This document shows, in pieces, positions 38,331 to 52,037 of a DNA stretch of 64,000 nucleotides. The notes under the pieces were generated by a model, which had not been told where the DNA came from, ran no database searches, and saw only the letters and a program-made list of their open reading frames with translations. The translations under genes were made by a program, and so were the position numbers. Every line of letters starts with the position of its first letter. Position 1 is the stretch's first letter. Source of the DNA: Hemiscyllium ocellatum (lineage: Eukaryota); contig NC_083424.1 in NCBI RefSeq assembly GCF_020745735.1, forward strand, positions 13,502,999 to 13,566,998. The letters run 5' to 3'.

Positions 38331-41300
38331 GTAAGGCAAAATGCACTGGGATGATGTTTGTTACTTTGACCCAGACATGGTCTCTCGTATTGGAGCCTGT
38401 CCCGTTCTCATCTCCAGCTCAGAAAGATATTTGTGTCAGTGGTCCTCAGAGTGTGCGATCACATGCCCTGCAGTAACCCCAGTATATGCCCACCAGAGTC
38501 ACAAAGCTGGCATCCCACAACCCCATCCATAAAACCCAAAGAGACACCCTTCAGGATATCAGTAGTCATGCAATGCAAAGCCCAATTAATGAACTGTGTG
38601 CAGGCATCGACCTTAGATTAAAGAATGAGAAGTGGATCATGGGTCAACAGGCAGGATGGAAGCTGTACCAAAAGGCCACATATCCTGCCCGGGAGCTCTC
38701 CTGAAACCTGCACATGGGTGACTTGGTCAGCTGGCCAGGCCACATATCCCACCCAGGAGCTCTCTTCAAACCTCTACATGTTGACTTGGTCAGCTGGCCA
38801 GGCAATATACAAATCCTAGGAAATCTCCTCAAACCTGCGCATGTTGACTTGGTCAGCTGGCCAAGGCAGCAAGGTGGCAATTGATCAATTACCCAGGATC
38901 AAAATAAACAACCTTACAGTTGGCACGACTCTTCTGTTCAGGCTCAGATCCAGGTTCACTGGGCACTACCCCCACCACCTGACCGGGGAATGTTTCAGGA
39001 ATTAGTCGGGGCAGTGGTTAGTCTATAACTGTCCTGATGAAGGGCTCCTGCCCAAAACGTCGACTTTTTCTCCTCATACGCTGCCTGACCTCGAAGGCTG
39101 TGCTTTCCCAGCACCACTCTAATCTTGCCTGAGGATCAGATGGGTAAGTGCACTGCCTCACAGGCCTCTGGTGCATTATTGTTTCAAACCCCTTATGCAT
39201 TTCACATACACACTTAGGATTCACGTCTACACACACCTCAACCTTGCTCCACCTTCAGAATTAAAACAAACAGATCTCAAATACATCTGTCCAAGCCATT
39301 GTGTTCCTGAGCCACCTTCTGAGACACTATTGCTCAAAACTGGTTTTGTTCCTGTGTGGATAAGGTTATCCTTGTCAAGACCAGTATTTTCAGCTCCCGC
39401 ATTCCAGACTGCCCTTGCGAAGTGATGGTAGTGTCTTTTTCAACCACAGGTCATTCTGTTACAACATGCGTCTGTCAACGTGAATTCTCTGTAATGCAAT
39501 TGATGAGTTGGGGACACTTTTTCTAAAGTGCAAACTTTTAAAACATGTTGGATGTAAGCAATTACTTGGCCAACATTTTAAACACTGTTTGTAAAGCATG
39601 ATTTTTCTGTAATGTGGGATTGCACAAGAATGCAACCATCGCATTATGAAAGAACTGACTGTACTGCAATGTTTGAAATTTATTATGCATTTATGTGCTT
39701 GTGTTTGCTTGTGCGTGTTTGTGTGTCCGTATGTGCGTGTGTATGTGTGTGTGCACGTGTGCATGCGTGTGTGCATGTGTGTATGTGTATGCACACGTGC
39801 ATGTGTATATGCGCATGTGTATGTGTGCGCATGCGTGTGTATATGTGTGTGTGCGTGTGCATGTGTCAATGTGTTGCCACAATGTGTGTGTGTGTCAATG
39901 TGCTGCCACATTCACATCATTGCTACATTTAACAAGCCAGAACTAGCTTTGGCACATGGAAGAAACATGGAAAGGTCAGCTAGCTCAAAACCAAAAAGGC
40001 CCTAATCAAACTAAAAACAACATGAGATGTTTGGAAATCTGCCAACTTTAACCATGAGGCTGCATCGTGACAAGCATGAAGGGAAATGGAGAAAACATGT
40101 CTGTTTGTGCATTGTCTGAAAGGGCAGTTTCAGTTGGTAGCCAAATTTAGACCAAAGGAAGGTATTGCTGTTTTCAACTCCCTGCCCTGCAGTAGCTCCA
40201 GCCCGTCCAGAAGTCTGCTAAATAACGGCCACATAATGATATGTAATTGCAGTGAGCAGGCAGTCAGAGGTAAATAATATGCTGTGAAGAAATTAAATTG
40301 CTCGAAGTAACTAAATCTAATTATATGTCACAGTCCTAATGGGCTTTTACTTGGAGTATGTTTTCTGTGTTGCTTTTTTTCCATATCTTGCGATCACAAA
40401 AATCCTTAAATAACATTTTAAAATTCTTTTGACGGCTTTCATTAATTTGATGATGTATGATGCAATGGTCCTGCTGGGGTTTCTACGTGAATTTGTCTGA
40501 GGCCTACAGTTACCATGGCAATTTTCTTAACTGATCTTTTTGTCTAATTTTCATGCTGGTACCCAATATAAACCATCTGTCATTCGGAGCATTCATTTCT
40601 ATTTACAGTTTGTTAAGCTGCTCTAAACACTGGGCAAGGCACCCACGATGACTTATTTCCCTTTATTTATTCACGGGATGTGGGCTTTGCTAACTGGGCA
40701 TCATTTATTGACTGTCTGTAACTGCTGGGCTGCTTGATAGGCTATTTCAGAAGCAACTGAGAGCCAGCCACAATGCTGTGGATCTGCAGTCACATGTAGG
40801 CCAGACCAGGTGATTATGATAGATTTCCTTCCCACAAGGACATGAGGGATCCAGATGGGTTTTTCCCAACATTCTGCAATGGTTTCATGGTCATGATCGA
40901 TTCAGCTTTTATTTAAATTGAATTCATCTGTCATGGCAGGATTTGAACTCAGAACACTGACTGAGTTTCTGGATTTAATATACTAACAATAAAACCACTT
41001 GGCCATCACCTTTAACCAGCAAGGTTTTACAGGTGAAAGGCCAGCAGTACATGTTAATTAACTAGGTCTACCAGTCCTTGATGATATTTGTATTAGCATG
41101 GATCTCACGTAGATTACAAGTTGTGCGAAACCACCGCAGTGCAACCTCCTACTGGCAGTAAGCTATCCAGAGCACCTCTATGGTTTCCCCTTCAAAAATA
41201 AGCCTACGGTCGCATAGTGACCTGCACAATTTTTTTAAACATCTTTAATTCTCACATGGGTGCCGCTGACTGTGCCAGCATTTACTGTCTGTCCCTAATT

Positions 41301-44300
41301 GCCGTTGTGAAGGAGGTAGAGAGCTGCCAGCAGCCTTCAGGCTGTAGCACACCCTCAGGGAGGCAGTTGGAGAGTTTTGACCTAGCGCCCCTGAGGGAGC
41401 AGTATTTCATTCTGATATAGGAGGGAGACTTGCAGCTGATGCTGTCCCTTGTCCCAGTAGGTGATGAAGATCAAGGTTTAAAAGGAGGAGGCTTAGTGAG
41501 TTCCTTATATTTTGCACATGGCTTATTGTAGATTTAATATTACAATACACCTCACCGTAAGGGATGGCATGGTAGCTCAGTGGTTAGCACTGTTGCCTTA
41601 CAACACAAGGGACTTGAGTTCAATTCCACCCTTGGGTGACTTATGGATGTTGTTGCCTATTCTCCCCGTTTCTGTGTGGGTTTTCTCCGGGTGCTCTAGT
41701 TTCCTGCCACAGTGTGAAGATGTGCAAGTTAGATGGATTGGCCATGCTAAATTGCCCATAGTGTCCAGGAATGTGTAGGTTAGGTGGGTTAGCTATGGGA
41801 AATAAGTCAAAAAGTGTGGTGCTGGAACAGCACAGCAGGTCAGGCAGAATTTGGGCATAAGCCCCTCATCAGGAATGAGCTCATGCCCAAAACGTCAACC
41901 CTGCCTCTCCAGCATCTGCAGTCTGCACTTTCTGGGAAATGCATGGTGACAGGGATATGATAGGGGGTTGGATCTGGGTGGAATGCTCTTTGGAACATTG
42001 GTGTGGATTTGATGGGCCAAATACCTGCTTCCACACTGTAGTGATTCTTTGTAACTCAAAATAGCACTGGATTGTGATGATAAAACACTTTTCACTGTAT
42101 CTTTCGAGATATATGTGACAATAAAATCATTCATTCCTTCATTCATCCACGTATGGCCTCACGTTTGGTCAGAGGTGAGGCTTAAATGAGGAACACAAGG
42201 TAATTAGGTAGAGGGGTGTAGGGAAGGAATTCCAGAGGTTAGGCCTGAAGCAACTGAAAGACAGCCAACAGTGGTGGAGCAGCTAAAGTTGGGAATGCTC
42301 AATAGGCTTGAATTAGAGGGAGGACAGGGATTTCTGAGGGTTAGGGGCTTAATGTACCACAATTCATGTATTACTGGCTTCAGAGCTATATCAAGCCTGT
42401 ATTTCAGCCCAGAACTTGCAGCAGATGGGAATTGTTGTGAAATATAGAGGCTTCCCGCAGAGCTTGCTGTTTATTTCTACTGGGTTTTGACAACTTTGCT
42501 CCCAAATGAAGGTGCATATTTTGTCCAATCAAATCAACGCTTAATTCCACTATAATGAAATTCACAATCTAATCATCTTTGTTCCCCTCGCCCGCTCTCC
42601 TGCAGATCATTGTCTGGGATGAGGAGTTCTTCCAGGGCCGTCGACATGAATTCACGGCGGAATGTCGCAACATGATGGAGTTTGGATTTGAAACTGTGCG
42701 GTCCATGAAGGTGGAAAGTGGAGCGTGAGTATCTGGATCGGAAACAGCGTGAGAGATTATACCACAGTGAGGTGTCACAGAAAGGAACAATGCTGTTTAA
42801 ACTCGACGCCCTGTCAGTGTATCTAATGTTAACTACTTTCACTCTTCAAAATCAGTATCTCTCTCTGAGATCTTACACTATACATAGAATATGCTGAAGA
42901 GATCTACAGGTAGATCCATATGACATTAACCTTTATGTTCCCTTTATTCTAATAATCCATTGGTCTTAGAATAAAAACAGAAAATCAGCAGGTCTGGCAG
43001 CACCAGTCAAGAGAGAAGCAAAGTTAATGTTTCAAGTCAAATGTCACAGAATCACTGAAGTGTTACATGTAAGAGGAGGTCATTCAGCCCTTCGAGTCTA
43101 TACTGGCTCTTCAAATGAGCATCATTACATACTATTAACTTCCTACTTTCACCCCATATCCTTACAGAGGGACAGGTAGTGGTGAGGAGGCAGGGAGGCT
43201 GCAGAAGGATTTGAACAGGCTGGGCGAGTGGGCAAAGGAGCGGCAGATGGAATGCAAAGTGGGAAACTGTGAGATTATGCACTTTGGTAAGAAGATTAGA
43301 GGCGTAGGTTATTTTATAAAAGGAGAAAGGCTTCAGAAATCTGAAGCACAAAGGGACTTAGGAGTCCTTGTACAGGATTCTCTTAGAGTTAACATGCACG
43401 TTCAGGTGGCAGTTAGCAAGGCAAATGCAAATGGTCGCTTTCATTTCAAGAGGGCTAGAATCCAAGAGCAGAGATCTACTGCTGAGGCTGTATAAGGCTC
43501 TGGTCAGACTGGGTTTGGAATATTGTGAGCAGTTTCAGTCCTGTATCTAAGGAAAGATGTGGTGTTGTTGGAGGGGGTCTGAAGGAGGTTTAAAACAATG
43601 ATCCTGGGGATGAAGGGCTTGTTATAGGAGGAGCAGATGATGATTCTGGGTCTGTACTCAGTGGAGTTTAAAAGGATGAGGAGAGATCTGATAGAAACTT
43701 TTCGAATACTGAGAGGCCTGAATATAGTGGACATGGAGAAGATGCTCCCAATAGTATGAGGCACGAGGTGCTGAGGGTGCAGCCTCATGGTAAAGAGAAA
43801 GAATTTCTTCAGAGAGAGCACGATAAACCTATGGAATTCATTGCTGCAGAAGGCTGTGAAGGTCAAGTCATTGAGTGTATTTAAGATAGAGATAGATAAG
43901 CACTTATTGATAAGAGATTCGAGGTTATGGGGAGAAGGCAGGAGAATGGGGTTGAGAAACATATCAGCCATGACCGAATAGAGGACTCAATGAGCTGAAT
44001 GATGTAATTATGCTTCTGTATGATCTTATGGCATTATTTCTATCTAAGCAATCACCCCGTACTCTGTTAATGCCTCAACTGAATATGCCTCCACCAAACT
44101 TCCAGGCGGTTCATTTCATACTATCTCCTTTTGCAAATCACTCTAAATCTGGGCCCTCTCTTTCTTGATCCTTTATAAGGAGGAATAGCTTCTTGCTTTC
44201 TACTATAGCCTCCTCATGATTTTGAAAACCTCTGTTAGATCTCCACTTAGTCGTCTTCTCTCTGAGGGGAACAGTCGCCATGTGCCTTCTGCAAGGAAGT

Positions 44301-47300
44301 CAATGGTACCTGGAGAAAGAGAGATTGAGTAACAGCAAGTCCTGATGAGCTTTCCAATAAACCTTTTGGACAGGGGGCACTGAACTGCAATCCCTGTTTT
44401 TCCCTTCACCCATAACACTGCGTTCTTTTGTCTGTATGTGTGTGGAAGGGGTTTTAAAAGATGCTAACCAGTTGAGTTATATGTTGACAGCTCATAATTG
44501 CTTAACTGTCACTAGAATCTATTTACTTGTAACAAATTGTAATTCTTGTTATGTGCTCTGTCAATCTGGGTCTAAAATACAGGAAAAGTGAGGAATTCTT
44601 GGATACTTTGATAAAAATCTTGAATGTTTGTGAGGATTCTGGAAATAGAGGAGTTCGATTTTCAGCACGCCATGCTAATGAGATGTGACAAGATAAACAA
44701 GTGGAAATGAACAGGAATGGTGAAGGGCAATGTATCTGGATTTCAGAAGAATCGTGGATGGAAAGCTAGGGTTTTATGGTGCTTAAACGATGCAGATCAA
44801 TATCCCACATTCAGGACATCAGTCATATAGAACCGGTTAGTCGAGACTCCCACCATTCCTCATATCGGAGCCTTTCTTCATGTCAAAGACAAATGCAGAG
44901 CTTTGAAGGATAATCAAACCTGCTTTGAAAGGGACTTTGAAATGTGTGCTAGTGAGACTTACTGGGGATTGTTCTGACCTCCTTGTATTTTCTCTGTAGC
45001 TGGGTAGGTTACGAACATGCGGCCTACCAGGGGCAGCAGTTTGTCCTGGAGAGAGGGCAGTACCCACGCTGGGACAGCTGGAGTGGCAGCAACTCCTATC
45101 ACATCGAGAGACTGACCTCCTTCCGACCTATCGCCTGTGCTGTAAGTATCCCGGTGCACACAACGTGCTCAAGTCAAACCTCCGACTTCTTAAGCAGTTC
45201 TGAGCACACGTACATGATTAGACACCCAGAGAATCTAAAATCCACCACCACAAACAGTGGATGAGGCAAATAGCAAAGATATCTTTCAGAGGAAGCAAAA
45301 TCTACACAAATGAGAAAGGATATGTAAAATGTATTGGTGAGTTTGGTTAGGCAGCAGCTTCATGTTATTCACAGATACATTTACACGGCAGAGGTTAAAT
45401 GCCAAATACAGTCATAGAGATTTACAGCACAGAAACAGACCCTTCAGTCCAACTCGTTCATGCTGACCAGATATCCTAAATTACACGCACCACCCTCTGT
45501 GTGAAAATGTTGCCCCTTAGGTTCCTTTAAATTTTTCCCCTCTCACCCTTACCTTTTACCCTCTAGTTCTGGACTTCCCCACCCCAGGGAAAACACCTTG
45601 TCCATTTATTCTATCCATGCCCCTCATGATTTTATAAACGTCCATAAGGTCACCCCTCAGCCTCTGATGCTCCAGGGAAAACAGCCCCAGCTTATTCAGC
45701 CTCTCCCTATAGCTCAAACTTTCCAACTCTGGTAACATCCTTGTAGATCTTTTCTGAACCCCTTCAAGTTTCACAACATCCTTCCAATAGGAAGGAGACC
45801 AGAATTGCACACAATATTCCAAAAGTGGTCTAACCAATGTCCTGTGCAGCCGCAACATGACGTCCCAACTCCTGTTCTCATTGTTCTGACTACTAAAGGA
45901 AAGCATACCAAACATCTTCATCTTTATCCAATCTACTGCAACTCCACTTTTAAGGAACTATGAACTTGCACTCCAAGGTCTCTTTGTTTAGCAACACTCC
46001 CCACGATCTTACCATTAAGTGTATAAGTCCTGCTAAGATTTGCTTTTCCAAAATGCAGTACCTCACATTTATCTGAATTAAACTCCATCTGCCACTCCCT
46101 AGCCCATTGGCCCATCTGGTCAAGACCTTGTTGTACTCTGAATAACCTTCTTCACTATCTACTACACCTCCCAATTTTGATGTCATCTGCAAACTTACTA
46201 ACTATACCTCTTATGTTTGCATTCAAATCATTTGTATAAATGACAAAAAGCAGTGGACCCAGGACCAATCCTTGTGGTACTCCACTGGTCACAAGCCTCC
46301 AGTCTGAAAGGCAGCATTGCACCAGCAGGTTGATCTCAAAAGCTGGAAACGTGTGTCACTAGAGGGGAAACGTTTAACTGTGGGGGATCGTTACAGAATA
46401 AGGGGCCACTCATTTAAGGCAAAGGAATTTCACCTCCCAAGGGTAGTGCATGTCTGCAGTTGTCTAGCCAAGAGAATGCGGAGGTGAGATCACCAGAAGT
46501 GTTTGAAGAGGAAGAAGACAGCTCTTTGAAATATCGAGGAATTGAGGGCAATGAATAGATGGTATGGAAACAGGAGTTGAGATTAGCGCAGATCAGTCAT
46601 AATCTGATAGAATGACAGCTGAGGTTTGAAGGCCTACTCCTGGTCCTATTGCTTATGCCTTTATGATAACAAAGTGTTACACAAATAAGTTGTTATGATT
46701 TGCTTCTCACAGAACCACCGTGAATGTCGGATGTCCATGTTTGAGAGGGAGAACTTCCTGGGCAGGAAGGGTGAGCTGTCCGATGACTATCCTTCTCTAC
46801 AAGCCATGGGCTGGTGCAACAATGAAGTTGGATCCTTCCGAATCCACTCCGGCGCGTAAGTGTTTCCAACAAGCACATGAGACAACTCATTCTCCCCAAT
46901 ATCTAGTCAGTTTACAGACCCTCCCCTCGAGTACAGCTATAATCGTAATGCCCCTATAGCCTGAGGGGCTGCATTTTACCACAGTCTTCGTGATTCCAAT
47001 ATCAAGAACAAACAGGGGTCCCATGTCCACACATTCTGGCTCTGAGCTCAGGGCTATTCCTGGAGATTATCCCCTAACTATCTGCAGCTCACTACCACCT
47101 TCTCCAGGGAAGCTAGGGATGGGCACTAAATGCTGGTTCAGCCAGCGACATCTCATGAATTAACTTTACAAAAAAAACTACCTCTGAGATTTCATCCAAT
47201 TAAGGATGGTGGACAGGGTGTGGCTGCTGCTTCCCAATCAAGGGGCTGGCAGCTCTGAAGCCCTGACACCTCTACCAGGAGAGACCGCCATTGTTGTGGC

Positions 47301-49705
47301 AAGTGAGAGGCGAGTTCCTCAATGTGGACATTGCTTGGCAAGGTTAGTCTAAGTAACAGGGTCTAAGCAGCTGCTCCAGTGTGGTATCTGGAGCATCCTT
47401 GACTGACTGTGGCCCCCTATTGTTGGGGCATGGAATGTGCAGTATTACGCCCCCTTCTCCCCGCCCTACACACACACACAAACACACACACACACTCCTG
47501 GGCATTGCAGTGTGGCTGTCTCTGTAAATGTGACTGCTCCTCACAGGATGGTGTGTTCAGAAATCCACTGCCTGACAAAGAGACGGGCAATGAATCCACA
47601 TAAAAACCCATCACTAGGAAACATTCTCAATGACAGGACGCCATTAGGAAATTATCCTAACACTGCTGTCCACCATTTTCCCAGCCCAGTCCACCTTCTA
47701 GCCCACTGGACAGGAGTTTAGAAAACCTTCCTTTCCCATTACTCCTTTCACCTCCTTGTATAGAGATGTTCTGAATTCTTGACCTCATGATGACAGAATC
47801 TTACCACCTAGGAGGACAGCCCATTATGCTTGTGCGGCTTTCGAAAGGAAATTTCCAGTTGACAGCAGTTTCCTGTTCTCACCCCACAGCGTTGTCTTTG
47901 CACTAAAATACATATCCAATTACGCGCCCCACAATATGGATTTACAAAACCGTCAATAATCTGTTTGTTCTTCCAAATGCTCGAATTTTAATGCAACCTA
48001 CGTTATGCTTGCGAGTCTTCTCACAGCTGTTTAGCAAGAGGGTGTGAATATTCCCTCCCTGGATCCCAGTGGGCAGGAGGTCACAGTTTAAACTGCGCAC
48101 ACTTTGACAATGTGTAATAATCTTACTGAGGAAAGCTAGCTGCTCTGAAAATAGAAATCTTACACTGGGACAAAAGCAAGAGATCGCTGTTGGATTTTTT
48201 AGGCCAAGTAGCAAGACCTTTAATCAACTCACTTTGTATCTGAGCTGCACACGAAGCTTCTTTTGAGTCTTTAGGACTTTCAACCTTAACCTAGTCAGCA
48301 CGAGAAATGCAACTGACAAGCTGAACATTCTCAGCAGTTAGAGCTCTGCCATGATTGATGCACAAGAGATCACTTTTTGACCCAAAATAATGAACATTAA
48401 ATGGAGTTCATTTTATCATTATGACGCAAATTAGAGTATTAGATGTTAGCGGGTTAGTACATCATCCTTTCATCATTGTGACTGGAATTCAAATGTAGTG
48501 CGTTCCCAGTAACAGTCTGTGGCAGTCTACATAATGTATCTTGGATTGCACATTGACAACAGCGATGAGACTGACAGGGAAAATCAGACTGCAACTCCTG
48601 AGATCCACACATTCACAGTAAAATGCTAAAAATCACACAACACTAGGTTCTAGTCCAACAGCTTTAATTGGAAGCACTAGCTTTCGGAGTGCCGCTCCTT
48701 CATCAGGTGCTCTGAAAGATACTGCTTCCAATTAAACCTGTTGGACTATAACCTAGTGTTGTGTGATTTTTAACTTTGTACACCCCAGTCCAACGTTGGC
48801 ATCTCCAAATCAGGACAGTAAAAGGCAGCATTCTGGAAGTCACGGTTGCAGATACTTTGTATCCAAAGGGTATGTTGTAGCAAGCCTTGCTGAGAGAGCC
48901 ATCAGGGAAATCAATGCACTTACATCAACTTGCACCACTGAAGACACCAAAAATGTTTGGGCTTGCATAATCATGGCGAGATGAGTTTTTAAAAGTGTGA
49001 TAAAGGATAAGTACTGACAATCTTTCTGGACCTGAAATTCTAATTTCACAAATGTAAAGTCTGATTCCTTCAGGCGTTAATTAAACTTAGTGATTTTGGA
49101 AAGAATGAAACTTTTAAAAAAACGTTTATTTTGTCTTGTCTTGAATCTTATCTCTCTTTTAATCTTATCCTTCTCTTCTTTTGCCCTTAAATATTTAGCC
49201 TGGTTCCGTGCATGGTTCAAATTTAATTTACTGTTTAATGGCTGACTGATGATTCTTCTCGATATTGTTTAAAGAGCTCAGATACTACCCCATGTAGTAC
49301 CAGCTGCTAGATTAGAGCCAGTCTCCACTCTCTCGCCCACAAAGCCTTTGAGGACAAGCTGCCAATAGAGTGAAAAAGGGCTGGCCTTTCACACTGGGGG
49401 GGGAAAAGCCCAGCTGTTACCCTCTCAAGAAGTGCAAGGTGTAACAGGTATCAAAAAATGGTTCAGCTTGTATCTTATCTAAGTAAGTAACATGACAGTA
49501 ACTGACCCAGTGAAATTCAATTTGATTGTCTCCCCTCCCCAATCTCTACCCCCACAGATGGGTATGCTACCAATATCCAGGTTACCGCGGCTACCAATTC
49601 ATCATGGAATGTGACCGTCACGGCGGAGAGTACAAACACTGGAGAGAGTGGGGCTCCCACGCGCAGACATTCCAGATTCAGTCCATCCGTAGAATCCAGC
49701 AGTAA
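38295..49705 (+). CDS. CRYBA4: Beta-crystallin A4, spliced CDS join(38295..38330, 42606..42724, 45000..45141, 46713..46855, 49558..49705), 195 aa
   Basis: [12 protein letters not shown] / [40 protein letters not shown] / [47 protein letters not shown] / [48 protein letters not shown] / [48 protein letters not shown]. All junctions are GT-AG and in frame; short N-arm and no C-arm, as in acidic betaA4. Confidence 0.95.
38674..38867. repeat. 63-bp tandem repeat, 3 copies
   Basis: Invariant core TGACTTGGTCAGCTGGCCA at 38719, 38782 and 38845. Confidence 0.85.
39690..39910. repeat. Degenerate (GT/AT/GC) alternating purine-pyrimidine tract
   Basis: Read directly from the sequence; source of the spurious CV/HT-rich ORFs. 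Confidence 0.9.
42606..42724 (+). CDS. CRYBA4: CRYBA4 exon 3
   Basis: ctctcctgcag|ATCATT...GGAGC|gtgagt, 119 bp. Confidence 0.95.
43170..44030 (+). mobile_element. CR1-type LINE RT / 3' fragment
   Basis: [17 protein letters not shown]...[23 protein letters not shown] motifs. Confidence 0.85.
45000..45141 (+). CDS. CRYBA4: CRYBA4 exon 4
   Basis: tttctctgtag|CTGGGTA...TGTGCT|gtaagt, 142 bp. Confidence 0.95.
45410..46310 (-). mobile_element. CR1-type LINE (HER1-like) RT / 3' fragment
   Basis: ORFs 45556..45921 and 45933..46115: [31 protein letters not shown]. Confidence 0.9.
46713..46855 (+). CDS. CRYBA4: CRYBA4 exon 5
   Basis: cttctcacag|AACCAC...GGCGC|gtaag, 143 bp. Confidence 0.95.
48627..48814. 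mobile_element. Penelope-like terminus, inverted-repeat form (family A)
   Basis: Palindromic; TSD acagtaaaa(t/g)gc (48615-48626 / 48815-48826); minus-strand hammerhead core at 48675-48709. Confidence 0.78.
49558..49705 (+). CDS. CRYBA4: CRYBA4 exon 6 coding part
   Basis: cccccacag|ATGGGTA...CAG CAG TAA, 148 bp. Confidence 0.95.
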
Positions 49706-49776
49706 AATGAACCCTGATGGCTGTGTCCCCACAGTCTTGTTTTAACCTTTGAAACAACAGAGAAATTACAAAAAGA

Positions 49777-49782
49777 AATAAA
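49777..49782 (+). terminator. Putative CRYBA4 poly(A) signal AATAAA
   Basis: AATAAA about 70 nt after the stop codon, followed by a T/GT-rich stretch. Confidence 0.75.
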
Positions 49783-50425
49783 ATTGCCTTCTTTGTTAAA
49801 ATGCACTTGTTTGGTTTCATTAGTGTCTGAACAGGGAATGGTGTAAAAGTGGTCTTGCCACCAAGCGAGACCAGTCTTCAGACTCTGACCCTGGTGGTTT
49901 TAAATTGAAGTTCTAAAGGGTAAGCAGTGCTGACAGGAGACCGTTAGTGTGTGAGTCACTTACAATCGGTGATCCTGTCTCCAGCCCTACTTTTATATAA
50001 CAGGGCAGTTTGTCATTTCTTTACACACACACTCCAAGCTCAACGCCATCCAGGCTAAAGCATCACACCATATCACTCTGAACCATTACCTTATACTACA
50101 CGAACAACATTGAATTACTGAGAAATGTCTTGGTTGTTGGAGTATGTAATTTGCACGTCACCAACAAGGCCAGAGTTAACTGATTGGCACTCCAATCACC
50201 AGCTTAAACATTCACTCCCTCCACCACAATGGCAGCAGCATGTACCACCTGTAAGATGGACTGCAGCGACTCACCAAGGCTCCTGTGACAGCACCTTCCA
50301 AATTGACAGCCTGTACAATCCTTTCACATCTAACGTCTCCCTCCATTTGTCTGTGGAACGCATTGCCACAGAGAGCTGTGACAGCAGAGTCCTTGTGCTT
50401 ATTTAAGGCTGAGTTAGAGAGATCC

Positions 50426-50735
50426 GGGGCGGCACGGTGGCACAGTGGTTAGCACTGCTGCCTCACAGCGCCAGGGACCTGGGTTCAATTCCCACCTCAG
50501 GCGACTGACTGTGTGGAGTTTGCACATTCTCCCCGTGTCTGTGTGGGTTTCCTCCGGGTGCTCCGGTTTCCTCCCACAGTCCAAAGATGTGCAGGTCAGG
50601 TGAATTGGCCATGCTAAATTGCCCGTAGTGTTAGGTAAGGGGTATATGTCGGGGTATAGGTGGGTTGTCGCTTCGGCGGGTCGGTGTGGACTTGTTGGGC
50701 CAAAGGGCCTGTTTCCACACTGTAAGTAGTCTAGA
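50426..50735 (+). mobile_element. tRNA-derived SINE (HE1-like), young full-length copy
   Basis: Near-identical to the 32877 copy. Confidence 0.85.
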
Positions 50736-50989
50736 TTCTTGATCAATCGGGAAATCGAGGGAAAAGAGAGAAAAGTGGATGTGAAGAAAGTGGGATTAGC
50801 CATGATCCTATTGACTGGGGAAACAGACTTCGAGTAAAAAATGAGGTCTGCAGATGCTGGAGAAGGGCTTATGCTCGAAACGTCGAATTCTCTATTCCTG
50901 AGATGCTGCCTAACCTGCTGTGCTTTGACCAGCAACACATTTGCAGCTGGGGAAACAGACTTGACAGGCTCCTATTTCGGATGATCTTA

Positions 50990-51520
50990 GAACATAGAAA
51001 GGTACAGCACAGAACAAACCCTTTGGCCCACAATGTTGTGTTGAGGATTAATCCTAATTTAAAATAAAATAACTTAACCTACTCACCCCTCAATTCCCTG
51101 TTGTCCATGTGCATGTCCAGCAGTCACTTAAATGTCCCTAATGACTCTGCTTCCACCACCACCGCTGACAACACATTCCATGCATTCACAACTCTCTGCG
51201 TAAAGAACCTTTCTCTGATGGCTCCTCTATATCTTTCTCCTAATATCTTTAAACTATGACCCCATCATGCCAGTCAATCCCACCCTGGGGAAACATCTCC
51301 GGCTATTGACTCTATCCATGCCTCTCATTACCTTGTATACCTTGATCAGGTTACCTCTCTTTCTCCTTCTCTTCAGAGAGAAAGGTCTGAGCTTCGTCAA
51401 CCTCTCTACATAAGACAAGCCCTCCAGTCCAGGCAACATCCTGGTAAACCTTCTTTGCACCCTCTCCAAAGCCTCTGTATTTTTCCTATAGTCGTGCGAT
51501 CAGAACTGAACACAATGTTT
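50990..51520 (-). mobile_element. CR1-type LINE 3' fragment
   Basis: ORF 51254..51469: ERVQRRFTRMLPGLEGLSY. Confidence 0.85.
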
Positions 51521-52037
51521 CAAGTATATGGTACAATCTTTATGGTGCAAAGTGGTCTTTCTGTGAGAAGAAAACATTACACAGCTCCCTTGCAATATAA
51601 GACAATTTTGGCCATTTTGCCACAGAGAGGATCCAGATATCAGTTATTAGATCATTTGTATATCTGTTAAAATTCAGTACAGAGAGACAAATTTGACAAG
51701 ACTGCATGCATGCTTACAATTTTGAATGATCAGTCTGAACCTAAACGCCTGAGGACAAGGGGAACATAATTTGACATTATAAACATAGTTCACACTCAAT
51801 ACTACTGTGACAACTCCATTCATTTGACTTCAGCAGAGACCATTGACATGTTAGGTTTGTGAGCATAGATTAGGAAGGACAATATGGGTGTTTAGTGGAT
51901 TAGGAAGGGTTGACTATCATCAATAAACAGCTGACACCTCAACCAAGCTTCTTAAGAAATGAAACAAAGGCTAATAAGTCGAAGATGGGACACAGAGAAG
52001 ATTGTTTTATTTTACTGAGGTAATCTACAGAAGTAAG

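Noticed and set aside
38674-38867. CRISPR-like repeat-spacer appearance
   Set aside because: The intervening sequences are homologous to each other, there are no cas genes and the context is a vertebrate intron; it is a tandem repeat.
39459-40005. Cys/Val- and His/Thr-rich ORFs
   Set aside because: Translation of a degenerate dinucleotide repeat.
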